Part shown: piece after piece, positions 8,088 to 16,955 of the stretch
Numbering within the stretch: the first letter of the stretch is position 1
How the letters are laid out: each line of letters begins with the position of its first letter
Source of the DNA: a virus
Reading direction: 5' to 3' (one strand)
Length of the DNA stretch: 59,921 nucleotides
IMG/VR virus record: IMGVR_UViG_3300032080_000006
Location: 1 to 59,921 of that record
Position numbers and translations under genes: made by a program
Notes under the pieces: model-generated
The model's input: the letters and a program-made list of their open reading frames with translations, nothing else
Told to the model about the DNA's origin: nothing
Databases searched by the model: none

Positions 8088-9047
8088 TTAGCGCTCCCAG
8101 GTGTCGGAGATCTCGAAGAGCGCACTGGCGCTCGCCATCTTGCGTACGAGGAACGTCTTGCCAGCCATTTGCCCTTGACCGATAACTGTCTGCCAGGCGC
8201 CGAGGATGCCGTTGAAATGGCAGGGGACCCACATGCCAGGCATGACGCCACGCACGCTGTATGGGCTGACCTGCGGCTCATGCATCCACACCGGGGCCAG
8301 GTACAGCCCACCGTCCGGGCCGTGCGGATAGGAGAGACTTCCTTGCCCGAAGTTGCTTGAACCTTTGACGTGATCGGTGTGCCATCCGCAACGAATGGGG
8401 CCGCCGAGGTTGGTGTACGAACGGGCCACGCAGAGAATGCTCGTAGCCACTGCACCACTCAGCGACTGACCTTCAAACGGATACGGTTCGGAAGTGTTGG
8501 AAGAATTTCGCTGGAATCCGAGGAGCACGGTGTGCGTGGTGTCACCCGGCTTGTAGGGGATGATGTCGCCGAACGCGTAGGTCTCCTGGTAGTAGTTGTC
8601 GTTAGAACCCTCGTTCTCCGCGTAGGTGCCGAGGAAGAACCAGAAGAACATCTCGTCCGCGATGATGCGCCAGGTGCGCGCATTGGCGATGTTGCCGGTG
8701 TAGTGGGTGTACCAGTAGGCACCACCCGGTAGCTGCTGCGCGTTCGGAAACGGCGAAGGTGCGCCGGTGTCGACGTCGCTCATCGTCTCGTAGCCGACCA
8801 CGCGCGCAGCCCGATTGCCGTTGAGCGCACTGGTGTCGTCAACGCGCAGGTGCATGCCGTTCGAACCGGCGCCCTGCTTGAACACCGCGATGTTGGCACC
8901 CTGGAAAGGCTTCGACCATCCGGCGGCAGGCTTGCTGCCATAGCCAGTGACCAGGCACTTGTCCAGTACGTTGATGAGGTCACCAGGGGTGGCGCCGCGC
9001 AACACGGGCGCACCTGCATCGGAGGATTGGTAGAAACGAACGGTCAT
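8088..9047 (-). CDS. Tail/baseplate structural protein (319 aa), one of three possible paralogues
   Basis: Long ORF in the tail module. Shares length and some motifs with 15011-15976 and 15979-16953. Confidence 0.7.
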   Translation of the reverse strand: MTVRFYQSSDAGAPVLRGATPGDLINVLDKCLVTGYGSKPAAGWSKPFQGANIAVFKQGAGSNGMHLRVDDTSALNGNRAARVVGYETMSDVDTGAPSPFPNAQQLPGGAYWYTHYTGNIANARTWRIIADEMFFWFFLGTYAENEGSNDNYYQETYAFGDIIPYKPGDTTHTVLLGFQRNSSNTSEPYPFEGQSLSGAVATSILCVARSYTNLGGPIRCGWHTDHVKGSSNFGQGSLSYPHGPDGGLYLAPVWMHEPQVSPYSVRGVMPGMWVPCHFNGILGAWQTVIGQGQMAGKTFLVRKMASASALFEISDTWER

Positions 9048-9054
9048 GGGTGCC

Positions 9055-9231
9055 TCACTGGGTAAGTAGAATCATGAAACTGGATTTCCGACGATCCAGG
9101 CCACCGGTGTCGTCGTCGGCGCCGAAGGTGAAAATGATCTCGGGCGAAAGCGGCGGGTCGTATGGCTGGCTGGATTGCTTGAATACCCAGAAGATATTCG
9201 GAGTTAATGGCGGAACATACTCTTCGATCAC
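9055..9231 (-). CDS. Possible 58-aa protein, below the ORF-track length cutoff
   Basis: GTG 9231 overlaps the upstream stop (GTGA). Open to TGA at 9055-9057. It fills an otherwise empty 180-bp gap. Confidence 0.3.
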   Translation of the reverse strand: MIEEYVPPLTPNIFWVFKQSSQPYDPPLSPEIIFTFGADDDTGGLDRRKSSFMILLTQ

Positions 9232-10010
9232 GGCGGGACTCCTGGGAGCACGGCGTGCACGTCATACGCATCGTCGTCGGCATCGTAGACGAAGCCCACC
9301 CGGTCGGCCAGGAGTGGCGTCATCGTGGGGTTGTAGGCGGCGAACATCGCGTTGAAGCGCACGTTGGCGCTGAAGGCCACTGGATGGGTGCCCGTGGCGT
9401 CCTGGCGCAGCTTCAGCACGCAGCCCTGCCCGTCAAGCGCCCCGTCCATGATCAGCGTGGTGTCGGTGGTCAGGGTGATGCGGATCTCGTCGTAGCTGCT
9501 CCAGTCGCAGACCACTGAGCCGGTGTCGGTGTTGAGCACGCGCTGCACGCGGCGCAGCGAAGGAATGCCCGGCGGGCCGGGATCACCCTGGTCACCCTTG
9601 GCGCCGATCAGACTTGCCAGCCACTGTGGTGCAGTGCCGGCGAACCCGTTGGCCACGGCCACCTGGTAGGCACTCAGGCCTGGCGCGCCATCGTCACCAT
9701 CGAAGCCACGTGGGCCGCGCAGGTTCTCGATGGGGGTCAGGTTGATCCAGGTGGCGCCGCGGTCGTTGCTGTACTGCAGGAAGGCGCCCTCGATCCGGAA
9801 GACCACGCTGCCGTCGCCACCGAAGTAGGGCAGGGTGTTCCAGGCGGTGACGCCGTCGCCGATCTTCATCCGCACGCGATCAGCAGTGCCAGACAGCTCG
9901 ATGCCCAGCTCGCCCGCGTTGAGCACCGGGTTGACGCTTGTCCAAACGGCGGGGCTGTCCCGCCGTTGGTACATCCGTTGCGCAACAACGACTAGGGGTC
10001 CGCCAGCCAT
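9228..10010 (-). CDS. Collagen-repeat tail fibre protein (260 aa)
   Basis: GPRGFDGDDGAPG and GAKGDQGDPGPPG repeats. N-terminus NAGELGIE...KIGDGVTAWNTLPY is fibre-like. Confidence 0.75.
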   Translation of the reverse strand: MAGGPLVVVAQRMYQRRDSPAVWTSVNPVLNAGELGIELSGTADRVRMKIGDGVTAWNTLPYFGGDGSVVFRIEGAFLQYSNDRGATWINLTPIENLRGPRGFDGDDGAPGLSAYQVAVANGFAGTAPQWLASLIGAKGDQGDPGPPGIPSLRRVQRVLNTDTGSVVCDWSSYDEIRITLTTDTTLIMDGALDGQGCVLKLRQDATGTHPVAFSANVRFNAMFAAYNPTMTPLLADRVGFVYDADDDAYDVHAVLPGVPP

Positions 10011-12481
10011 CAGGCGCCTCCTCCGTCGATCACGTACTCAGCCTCGGCACCGGTGATGGCGTTGATCGGGCCGGCGGTACCGACCGTGACCGTGAAGCGC
10101 TGGATCTGGAACGAGGCCAGGCCGTTGAGCACCGAGAAGATCTCGATGGTGGCCTCGCGCGTGTCGACCAGGGTGATGGTCGCGCCGGCCGCTGTGTTGG
10201 CGATGCCCGTCTTCTCCACCAGCAGCTCGTTACCGTACAGCGCGCGCACCGTGTAGGTGGTGCCCGGCTCCGGGACACGCGGGTCGTCATCCTGGCTCGC
10301 CAACGTCTCGTCCAGGCGGCTACGGTGCGCCCAGGACACGACGAAGCCACGGCCGTCGACGTGCGGGGCCTCGGTTGGACGGAAGCCGTCGACGCGGATC
10401 TTGCCCGGCGGAAGCGGGCGTGCCGAGCGCAGAACGACAGGGGTTGACAGGAGCGACGCTTCTTCCACGGGTTGGGAGCCACGACCGTTGTAGGGCATCA
10501 GTTTGGCATAGACCGTCTGGGCCGACACGTAGGGGGTCGGATTGGGCTCGCCATACCCGGTCTCGGTCAGGTAGATCTTGGCGCCGGCCTCGTGGGACTG
10601 CGGCACCGTGTCGAGCACGCCGCGCATCACGCCGGTCAGCGTGCCCGTGTCAGGGTCGATGCCGCTGTAGGCGATCAGCTCTTCCTGCGCGCCCTTGATC
10701 ACGGCCAGCGTGTAGCCGCCGAACCGGTCGTCCTCGTCGATGTCGCGGTCGATCTCGTCCACGCCGTTGACGTTGCTGATGCCCACTGAGGACACGATCG
10801 CAGGGCCGACCTGCGGGAGCGCGGTCGTCAGGGTGGCAGTGGAGGTGAAGTCCTGGACGGTGCCTGCTGCGACCAGGTCTGTCGGGCTGGATCCAAGGGC
10901 AGTGGCGTAGCCGTAGTCCAGGTCACCGCTGCGGCTCGCGAAGCTCATCAGGTTGGACTGGTCACCCGGGTTGAGGAAGTACGGCTGCTCGAACACCGCG
11001 GCGTTGATCAGCGACACCGGTGGGGTGATCGGATTGACCCACGAACCCGGATCCGGCTCGGTGTAGGCGGACTCGCTGATGGAGAAGATGTCCTCCACTG
11101 CGGAGATCCCGAACTTGTTCTCGCCGATCGAGCTGTAGTCGACGCCCACGATGCGGTAGATCTGGCTGTCGATGCCCATGTCTGGCCACCGCAGCATGAA
11201 CACGTCGTTGGGCTTCGGGCGCGTGCCCGTCATCAGGATCGGCCCATCCACCTTCGACAGCGGATAGGACAAGGTCTTCAGCGTGCGCGCCAGTGCCTTG
11301 GCCGCCGGCTCGTAGGAGTTGAAGCCGGTGTAGTCGACGGACTCATACGACATCTCGCCGCCGCGCTGCATCACATTGGCCAGGTCAGCCTGCGCGATGG
11401 TGACGCGCTTGAAGTTGTCGGCGCGATCGATGTAGCTGGCCTTGATGTGGTTCTTGGTTTCGCTCCAGCTCGACCGGCTGAACTTGATGCCCTCCAGGAA
11501 CACGCTGGCATCGAACACCTGGATCGTGTCGCGGTCGTAGTCGTCGCGGGCCAGCTTCAGCACCACCAGGCCGGTATCCGGATCGGTGAACATCACGCCG
11601 TCGATGTGCCGCAGGATCTCGGCGATGATCTCTTTGGCCGTGGTGCCGCCGTTGTAGATCGACGAGATCATGAAGCCTTCGTCCCACAGCTTCAGCGCGA
11701 TCTGTCGCCACTGGTCGACGTCGATCCGCGCGCTGGGAATCGAGCAGCCCCACACGTTGTCGACCACCAGCTCATAGATGATCGCGGTGGGATTGCAGTC
11801 GTCGCCCTTGCGGTGCTTGCCGTCAGGAATCAGCAGCCGGTTCGGGTAGCACGACAGCACCAGGCTCATCGTCTTCAGGTAGCTCGATGTGCCGACGTAC
11901 ATGCCCTGCAGCACGGCATGGCACAGCCCCTCGTACGGCGGCGCGGTCTCCTTCAGCTGCGTGTTGAGGTACTGGTTCGACGGCTGACCGCTGCGTCCTT
12001 GGTAGAACAGCATCGCGCCACTGATACCGCCGCCGGCCTCGTCGCCACCGAAGAAGTCGTTGTCGTTGAACACCCAGGTGCTCACACCCTGCGGCGTGGT
12101 CGCGGTGATGCGATGGCTCGGCTCTTCGTCGTCCCACAGCACGTTGTGCAGCGTGATGCCGCCTTCCATGTAATGCGAGATGGCCACCTGCATGCCGATG
12201 TAGTACTTGTAGCCGACGATCTGCGTCTTCTTCTTGAAGAGGCTGACCTTGACCTTCTTCTTGATCGGCACCACGCGCAGGTTGCCGTACCACACGATGT
12301 TCGGACCGGTCACCTTGACCTTGCCGAAGAAGATCGGAATCGCACGACCTTCCTCCGCAGTGGGAAGATCGAAGTCATCGAGCGACGACGCTTTCGCGTT
12401 GGTTAACTTCGGGATGGGGCGCAGCAGCTCGCCAACGATGACGGCGACAAGGGCTACGACAATTGCGGCTACGAAACCCAT
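10010..12481 (-). CDS. Host-specificity / central tail tip protein, lambda J-like (823 aa)
   Basis: ATG 12481 (MGFVAAIVV) overlaps the upstream stop. IPIFFGKVKVTGPNIVWYG is a J-family N-terminal pattern. Size and position fit. Confidence 0.8.
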   Translation of the reverse strand: MGFVAAIVVALVAVIVGELLRPIPKLTNAKASSLDDFDLPTAEEGRAIPIFFGKVKVTGPNIVWYGNLRVVPIKKKVKVSLFKKKTQIVGYKYYIGMQVAISHYMEGGITLHNVLWDDEEPSHRITATTPQGVSTWVFNDNDFFGGDEAGGGISGAMLFYQGRSGQPSNQYLNTQLKETAPPYEGLCHAVLQGMYVGTSSYLKTMSLVLSCYPNRLLIPDGKHRKGDDCNPTAIIYELVVDNVWGCSIPSARIDVDQWRQIALKLWDEGFMISSIYNGGTTAKEIIAEILRHIDGVMFTDPDTGLVVLKLARDDYDRDTIQVFDASVFLEGIKFSRSSWSETKNHIKASYIDRADNFKRVTIAQADLANVMQRGGEMSYESVDYTGFNSYEPAAKALARTLKTLSYPLSKVDGPILMTGTRPKPNDVFMLRWPDMGIDSQIYRIVGVDYSSIGENKFGISAVEDIFSISESAYTEPDPGSWVNPITPPVSLINAAVFEQPYFLNPGDQSNLMSFASRSGDLDYGYATALGSSPTDLVAAGTVQDFTSTATLTTALPQVGPAIVSSVGISNVNGVDEIDRDIDEDDRFGGYTLAVIKGAQEELIAYSGIDPDTGTLTGVMRGVLDTVPQSHEAGAKIYLTETGYGEPNPTPYVSAQTVYAKLMPYNGRGSQPVEEASLLSTPVVLRSARPLPPGKIRVDGFRPTEAPHVDGRGFVVSWAHRSRLDETLASQDDDPRVPEPGTTYTVRALYGNELLVEKTGIANTAAGATITLVDTREATIEIFSVLNGLASFQIQRFTVTVGTAGPINAITGAEAEYVIDGGGA

Positions 12482-13317
12482 TAGTTGCCACCTCGTGGAT
12501 CGGCGCCGAAGACATTCGAGGTGAACGGGTTCTTGCCCGGCACCCACGCAAAGCCCAGCCACCGGGGGTAGTTGTTGAACTTGGTCTTGCACGTGCCGCG
12601 CGAGAGGTCGCAGCCGGCGTAGGCGGTGACGTCCATGCCGACCTCAGCGTCCAGGAATGGGGACTGCAGCGTGATCGTGTTGCCGACATGCCCAACGACG
12701 AAGCGGGCCTCGCCCAGCTGATTGACCACGAAGCCGGCGCGCAGCCAGCCATCAGGCTTGGTAGCGAACACCGGCGACACCAGGTTGGCGCCACTCACCG
12801 ATGCGATCTGACCGTCGAGCCGGAAGTTCTCTTTGTTGACGCCGCAGCTGGGCGTGTAGACCGCACGGTTGCACGGCTTCTGGTACACCGGCCACGGGAT
12901 GTTCTTCTCGAACTTGCTCGACACCAGCGCGCACGTGATCGTGGCCAGGCCCGTGTCCTCGTCGCGGTTGTGCGAGATGACCTCTGCGATGATCTCTGGG
13001 CGGTACTCCATGATCGGATCGCCCTCGTGGTAGCGGAACACCACTACCTCCATCGGCTCGCGCGGCTGGTAGGCGACGAACTGACGAACCACTTCAGCCT
13101 GCGCGTACACGTCGATCGTGATCTCCGGCGTGCCCTCGGCCAGGCTGAGGTTGTAGCCGGACACCGCGATCACTTCCGGCTGGAAGACCCTGCCTAAGTG
13201 CGTGACGGGGTCTGTACGGCCTTGCGCATACGCGAAGCTCTCCTTGCCCATGGTGAATAGAAACAAGTTGCGGGGTCGACCACTAAACGGGCTGGAGTCG
13301 AATTCTTCGATGCTCAT
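12481..13317 (-). CDS. Tail tip protein, DUF2163/BR0599 (gpL-like) family
   Basis: C-terminal YAGCDLSRGTCKTKFNN cysteine motif typical of BR0599. Sits just upstream of the J-like gene. Confidence 0.75.
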   Translation of the reverse strand: MSIEEFDSSPFSGRPRNLFLFTMGKESFAYAQGRTDPVTHLGRVFQPEVIAVSGYNLSLAEGTPEITIDVYAQAEVVRQFVAYQPREPMEVVVFRYHEGDPIMEYRPEIIAEVISHNRDEDTGLATITCALVSSKFEKNIPWPVYQKPCNRAVYTPSCGVNKENFRLDGQIASVSGANLVSPVFATKPDGWLRAGFVVNQLGEARFVVGHVGNTITLQSPFLDAEVGMDVTAYAGCDLSRGTCKTKFNNYPRWLGFAWVPGKNPFTSNVFGADPRGGN

Positions 13318-15011
13318 CAGAGGGGCTTCTTCAGGACCAGGTTGAGGGTGATCTCGGCAACGCTATCAGTGGCATATTCCAGGTCCACCGCGTCGCCGCC
13401 GAGCCGGTACAGCGCGAGGTAGCTTATCCGCTTCACGTCGGCAGGGGTTAGGTTGCGGGGGAACTCGGTGTCCACGAAGACATTGCTCTGCCCGGGGCTG
13501 CCGGCGAAGACGCCTTCCATCTTCATCACCAGGCGGGTGCCGTCGTGCAGGAAGAACATCAGGTGGGTGAGCGCCGGATGGTTGGCGATCAGCGTGGCGT
13601 ATTCCGACGTATCAGTGCGGAAATACTTGTCGCCCTGGAGGATGTCGCCGCGCAGGAAGAAGTCGCTGGTGCCGGAGTTCATCCAGATCGGGACACGCCG
13701 GCCGCCGCGGCGAACCATCAATCGGCGCAGCTGCTCGATCTCGACCTTGTTCTTCAGCATCCACGAGTGTCGGCGCGTGCGCAGCGCGTAGGTCGCCTTG
13801 GGCGAGATCCGGATGATGCCCAGCGAGTTGTCCACGCGGCGGTCGCGCGCCTCGTTGCTGATGTCCATGCCGTCGCGCCAGTTGGTGTCGCCCAGGTACA
13901 GCTCAGCGCCGCGGTACAGCTGCGCAGGCGCCTCGACGGTCATGCGGTAGGGCGTTTCGCTGGGGCTGGCCTGCACGCTCAGTGCGGCCTGCATGACGGT
14001 GTCGGTGAGGCGCTTGGGCGACACGGTCTGCGGCAGCTGTCCGATCATGAGAGGGTAGACCTTCTCGCCGCGCTTCCAGCCGCGCGACAGGATCGACGAC
14101 AGGGTGATCGAGCTGTCGGTGAAGCTCTCCACGCGCGCGGTGTCATAGTCCCGATTGCTGCGGCGAATCATCAGCGTCGAGCCGACTTCCACGGAGAAGT
14201 AGCGCGTGTCGACCAGGAGCACATTGTCACCCTGGTTCGCATCGGCCTGCAGCGTGACGCCCTCGTTCCAGATCGGCACGGCGTACATGCGGCCGACCCA
14301 GCCGAAGGTCAGCAGGTCGAACAGCTGGGCGTCCTCGCGGGTGAGCTGCACGCTGTAGGAGAAGCTGCGGCGCGGGTTGGCCAGGTCCTTGACCTGCTCG
14401 TCGCCGTTGTAGGCCGTCAGCAGCGAGGTCACCCAGGTCAGCGTCTCGGTGACGCGGTTCTTCCAGTTGGGTGCGAACGGTAGGGTAACGACGCGCCGGC
14501 CGATGATCGGGACATTCCGGATCTGGCCATCGACGTCGAACCGGAAGATCGCATCGATCTCCGGCGTGCCGATGCCGGGCACGTTGAGCGTGTACCGATC
14601 CTGCTGCAGCGGCGCCATCACGCCTGGGATCGTGGCCGTGGTGGTGAACGTGATGCCGGCACCGTTGATCACCTGCGCGCTCGTGATCACCGCCGGGCGC
14701 AAGAACGCGTTCCAGACGTAGACCACGCGCTGGGTGTCGCCGCCCAGGTTCCCCAGGTCGATGCTCGCCGGCAGGATGTAGATGCCGTAGTACCAGTCGT
14801 AGTGGGGCGTGCGCAGCAGATGGCCAGGTCCGGACACCGGCGGGACGGCCGTGTAAGTCAGGCGCGAGCTGAATTGGTCCATGATCGGCCACGGCAACTC
14901 CGTGGGTAGGCCCAGCTCCGCAGGCGGGATCCGCGGCGCCGGCTGCCGCAGGTTGTCCGACACAGCCTCCGCGGGCTCGCTCACATCCGGCGACTGCAGC
15001 AATGCGGTCAT
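13317..15011 (-). CDS. Distal/minor tail protein (564 aa)
   Basis: Long ORF with overlapping start and stop codons on both sides, in the tail tip module. Confidence 0.75.
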   Translation of the reverse strand: MTALLQSPDVSEPAEAVSDNLRQPAPRIPPAELGLPTELPWPIMDQFSSRLTYTAVPPVSGPGHLLRTPHYDWYYGIYILPASIDLGNLGGDTQRVVYVWNAFLRPAVITSAQVINGAGITFTTTATIPGVMAPLQQDRYTLNVPGIGTPEIDAIFRFDVDGQIRNVPIIGRRVVTLPFAPNWKNRVTETLTWVTSLLTAYNGDEQVKDLANPRRSFSYSVQLTREDAQLFDLLTFGWVGRMYAVPIWNEGVTLQADANQGDNVLLVDTRYFSVEVGSTLMIRRSNRDYDTARVESFTDSSITLSSILSRGWKRGEKVYPLMIGQLPQTVSPKRLTDTVMQAALSVQASPSETPYRMTVEAPAQLYRGAELYLGDTNWRDGMDISNEARDRRVDNSLGIIRISPKATYALRTRRHSWMLKNKVEIEQLRRLMVRRGGRRVPIWMNSGTSDFFLRGDILQGDKYFRTDTSEYATLIANHPALTHLMFFLHDGTRLVMKMEGVFAGSPGQSNVFVDTEFPRNLTPADVKRISYLALYRLGGDAVDLEYATDSVAEITLNLVLKKPL

Positions 15012-15976
15012 CAGACCACCTTCTTGATCGCGTAACCCACGGTGTGGCTGCCGAGGTCCGGTGCGTTGGGCGATCCATCAGCCTGCAGCGCGCGCTTGAA
15101 TGCCGGGAACACGACCCAGGTGTTCGGACCCTGCGGCACTTCCTGCCCCGGGGTGAACTTCAGCATGTTGCACTGACGGGTGTTCGGCACGCAGCCGATG
15201 GCGCTGAAGTAGTCGCCCGGTCGACGCACAAAGAGGTTGATCGGATGGAAGACCGAACGACCATCGAATGCATTCGTGTCGGTGCCACCGCTGATTGTTC
15301 CAAGCCATGCGACAGACGAACCTTGCGACCATGCGCCGACGCCGCCGAGCACGTACAGCGGCTCAATGTTGGTATCACTCTGCGCGATCGTCGGAATGGC
15401 ATTGAGGATCCCGTCTGCAGGCACGTCGCAGCGCACGAAGCCCGGGAAAGGCTGAATGCCGCGCCGACCGACGCTATGCGACTGGAACGGCACATGATGA
15501 TAGGGGGCCAGGTCACCGCGCCAGGTGATGGGATCGCGCCAGCTGCCCTCCGCGTAGGTGCCGCCAGGGTATTCGCCGATCTTCTCCAGCATGCCGAAGC
15601 ACATGTGGCGGAACTCCAGCGATGCGTTGAGCTGGAACACCACGTGGAAGGCATCCGAGTCACCGAACAGATACACGTTCGGGAAAGGGCCATTGACATT
15701 GGTGACGGTGACGCCGGAGTAATTCGGGCTGCCGTTGGGCGGCAGCAGCGGGTTGAAGCCGATCGAGATGGCCATGTTGACATGGGTCTCGTCGTCGTTC
15801 CAGATGTGGATGTAGTCCGACACGCCCACCTTGCGAAAAGTGATGCGACGGCCCGGCGTTGCGGTCGGCGTGAGCTGGTTGAGTTCGACGTTCCAGCCCG
15901 CGGCGGTGACCATGGTGGCGATCGACTGGATGATGTCGGCCAGGGTGGTGGCGCCGGTGATGTTGAGGTAGCTCAT
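15011..15976 (-). CDS. Tail structural protein (321 aa), possible paralogue
   Basis: ATG 15976 (MSYLNITGATT). The Arg-rich 75-aa extension in the ORF track was discarded. Confidence 0.7.
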   Translation of the reverse strand: MSYLNITGATTLADIIQSIATMVTAAGWNVELNQLTPTATPGRRITFRKVGVSDYIHIWNDDETHVNMAISIGFNPLLPPNGSPNYSGVTVTNVNGPFPNVYLFGDSDAFHVVFQLNASLEFRHMCFGMLEKIGEYPGGTYAEGSWRDPITWRGDLAPYHHVPFQSHSVGRRGIQPFPGFVRCDVPADGILNAIPTIAQSDTNIEPLYVLGGVGAWSQGSSVAWLGTISGGTDTNAFDGRSVFHPINLFVRRPGDYFSAIGCVPNTRQCNMLKFTPGQEVPQGPNTWVVFPAFKRALQADGSPNAPDLGSHTVGYAIKKVV

Positions 15977-15978
15977 GT

Positions 15979-16953
15979 TCAGTCCAGTGCGATAGCGGCG
16001 AAGTTGCGGTTGCCCGTGCGTGCGATGTTCGGGATGAGGATGTGGTCGACGCCGTCTTGCGTGGCGATCTCCTCTGCCGAGGAACCGAACGCCGGCACGA
16101 AGAACACGCCGTCGAATGAGCCATACCAGACGCCGCCATCTGGCGCTTGTCCGGTGACCACGCCGCCGGTGTTGACGCCTGCGCCATCGCCGATCTGGCA
16201 CAGCATGCTGCGGTGCAGCCAGGCACTTCCGTCAATGGCGCGCCGGGTGGCGTTGGGGAAGTAGTAGGCATTCCACGGCATCGAGATCACGCCACCATCG
16301 ATCGGCGAAGTGTTCGTCCAGCGATTACGCACCGCGCGCCAGTTGCCGCCGGGCACCAGCAGATACGCCGTGCCGATCACGCTGGTATTGCTCTCAGCCG
16401 AAGGGTCGTAGAAGTTGGTGTGGTTCGAAGTGTCGTCCGATGCCAGGAGCGTGGCATTGAGCCCGGATCCGCCCACGAACATCGGGTAGGGCCAGTCATT
16501 CGGCGTGTGGTCCGGCAGGATCAGCCCAAGGTAGATCGCGTCGTAGCGACCATTGATGCGCGTGATCACCTTGAAGTGCCGGCCGTTGGCGATGAACCAG
16601 TAGGTGATTGCCGAGGAGGACAGCAGCATCGCAGGCACGTTCGGCGGATTGCCCGCCTGCAGCACGCCTGGGTTGGCCAGGCTGTAGCTGGTGTGCCCGT
16701 ACAGCTGCCAGTTGTGGATGTTGCTTGCCGGCGTCGAGGTGATGCGGATCGAACACAGGATGTCGTCAGTGGCGGACAAGCCCTTGCCGCGGAACGACAC
16801 GTAATCGCCGTTGACGAATGCGCCAGTGGCTTTGCCGGCGATCACCTCCCACTGCTGCCCCGCGGCCACCAGGTCGGCATTGCCGACGAGGAAGTCGCGC
16901 AGGCGCGCAAGCAGGTCGAAGTGGTTTGTTGCGGTGCCCGTTACGTGTGCCAT
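15979..16953 (-). CDS. Tail structural protein (about 324 aa), possible paralogue
   Basis: ATG 16953 (MAHVTGTATNHFDLL) lies just after the tape-measure stop. An alternative start is at 16983. Confidence 0.7.
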   Translation of the reverse strand: MAHVTGTATNHFDLLARLRDFLVGNADLVAAGQQWEVIAGKATGAFVNGDYVSFRGKGLSATDDILCSIRITSTPASNIHNWQLYGHTSYSLANPGVLQAGNPPNVPAMLLSSSAITYWFIANGRHFKVITRINGRYDAIYLGLILPDHTPNDWPYPMFVGGSGLNATLLASDDTSNHTNFYDPSAESNTSVIGTAYLLVPGGNWRAVRNRWTNTSPIDGGVISMPWNAYYFPNATRRAIDGSAWLHRSMLCQIGDGAGVNTGGVVTGQAPDGGVWYGSFDGVFFVPAFGSSAEEIATQDGVDHILIPNIARTGNRNFAAIALD

Positions 16954-16955
16954 GG

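Noticed and set aside
12416-12436. The heptapeptide VGELLRP after a TM helix is shared by the J-like protein (12416-12436) and the small protein at 45470-45490
   Set aside because: It is only 7 residues, encoded by different codons, and there is no flanking similarity. It is most likely coincidence.
10010-12592. N-terminal extensions of track ORFs: 10010-12592, 15011-16201, 23048-23929, 4174-4935, 48168-48983, 46843-47493, 45128-45754, 47798-48292 and 40078-40563
   Set aside because: The extensions are Arg-rich, overlap the preceding gene extensively, and contain an internal start that abuts or overlaps the upstream stop, often with an SD. I used the shorter coordinates.
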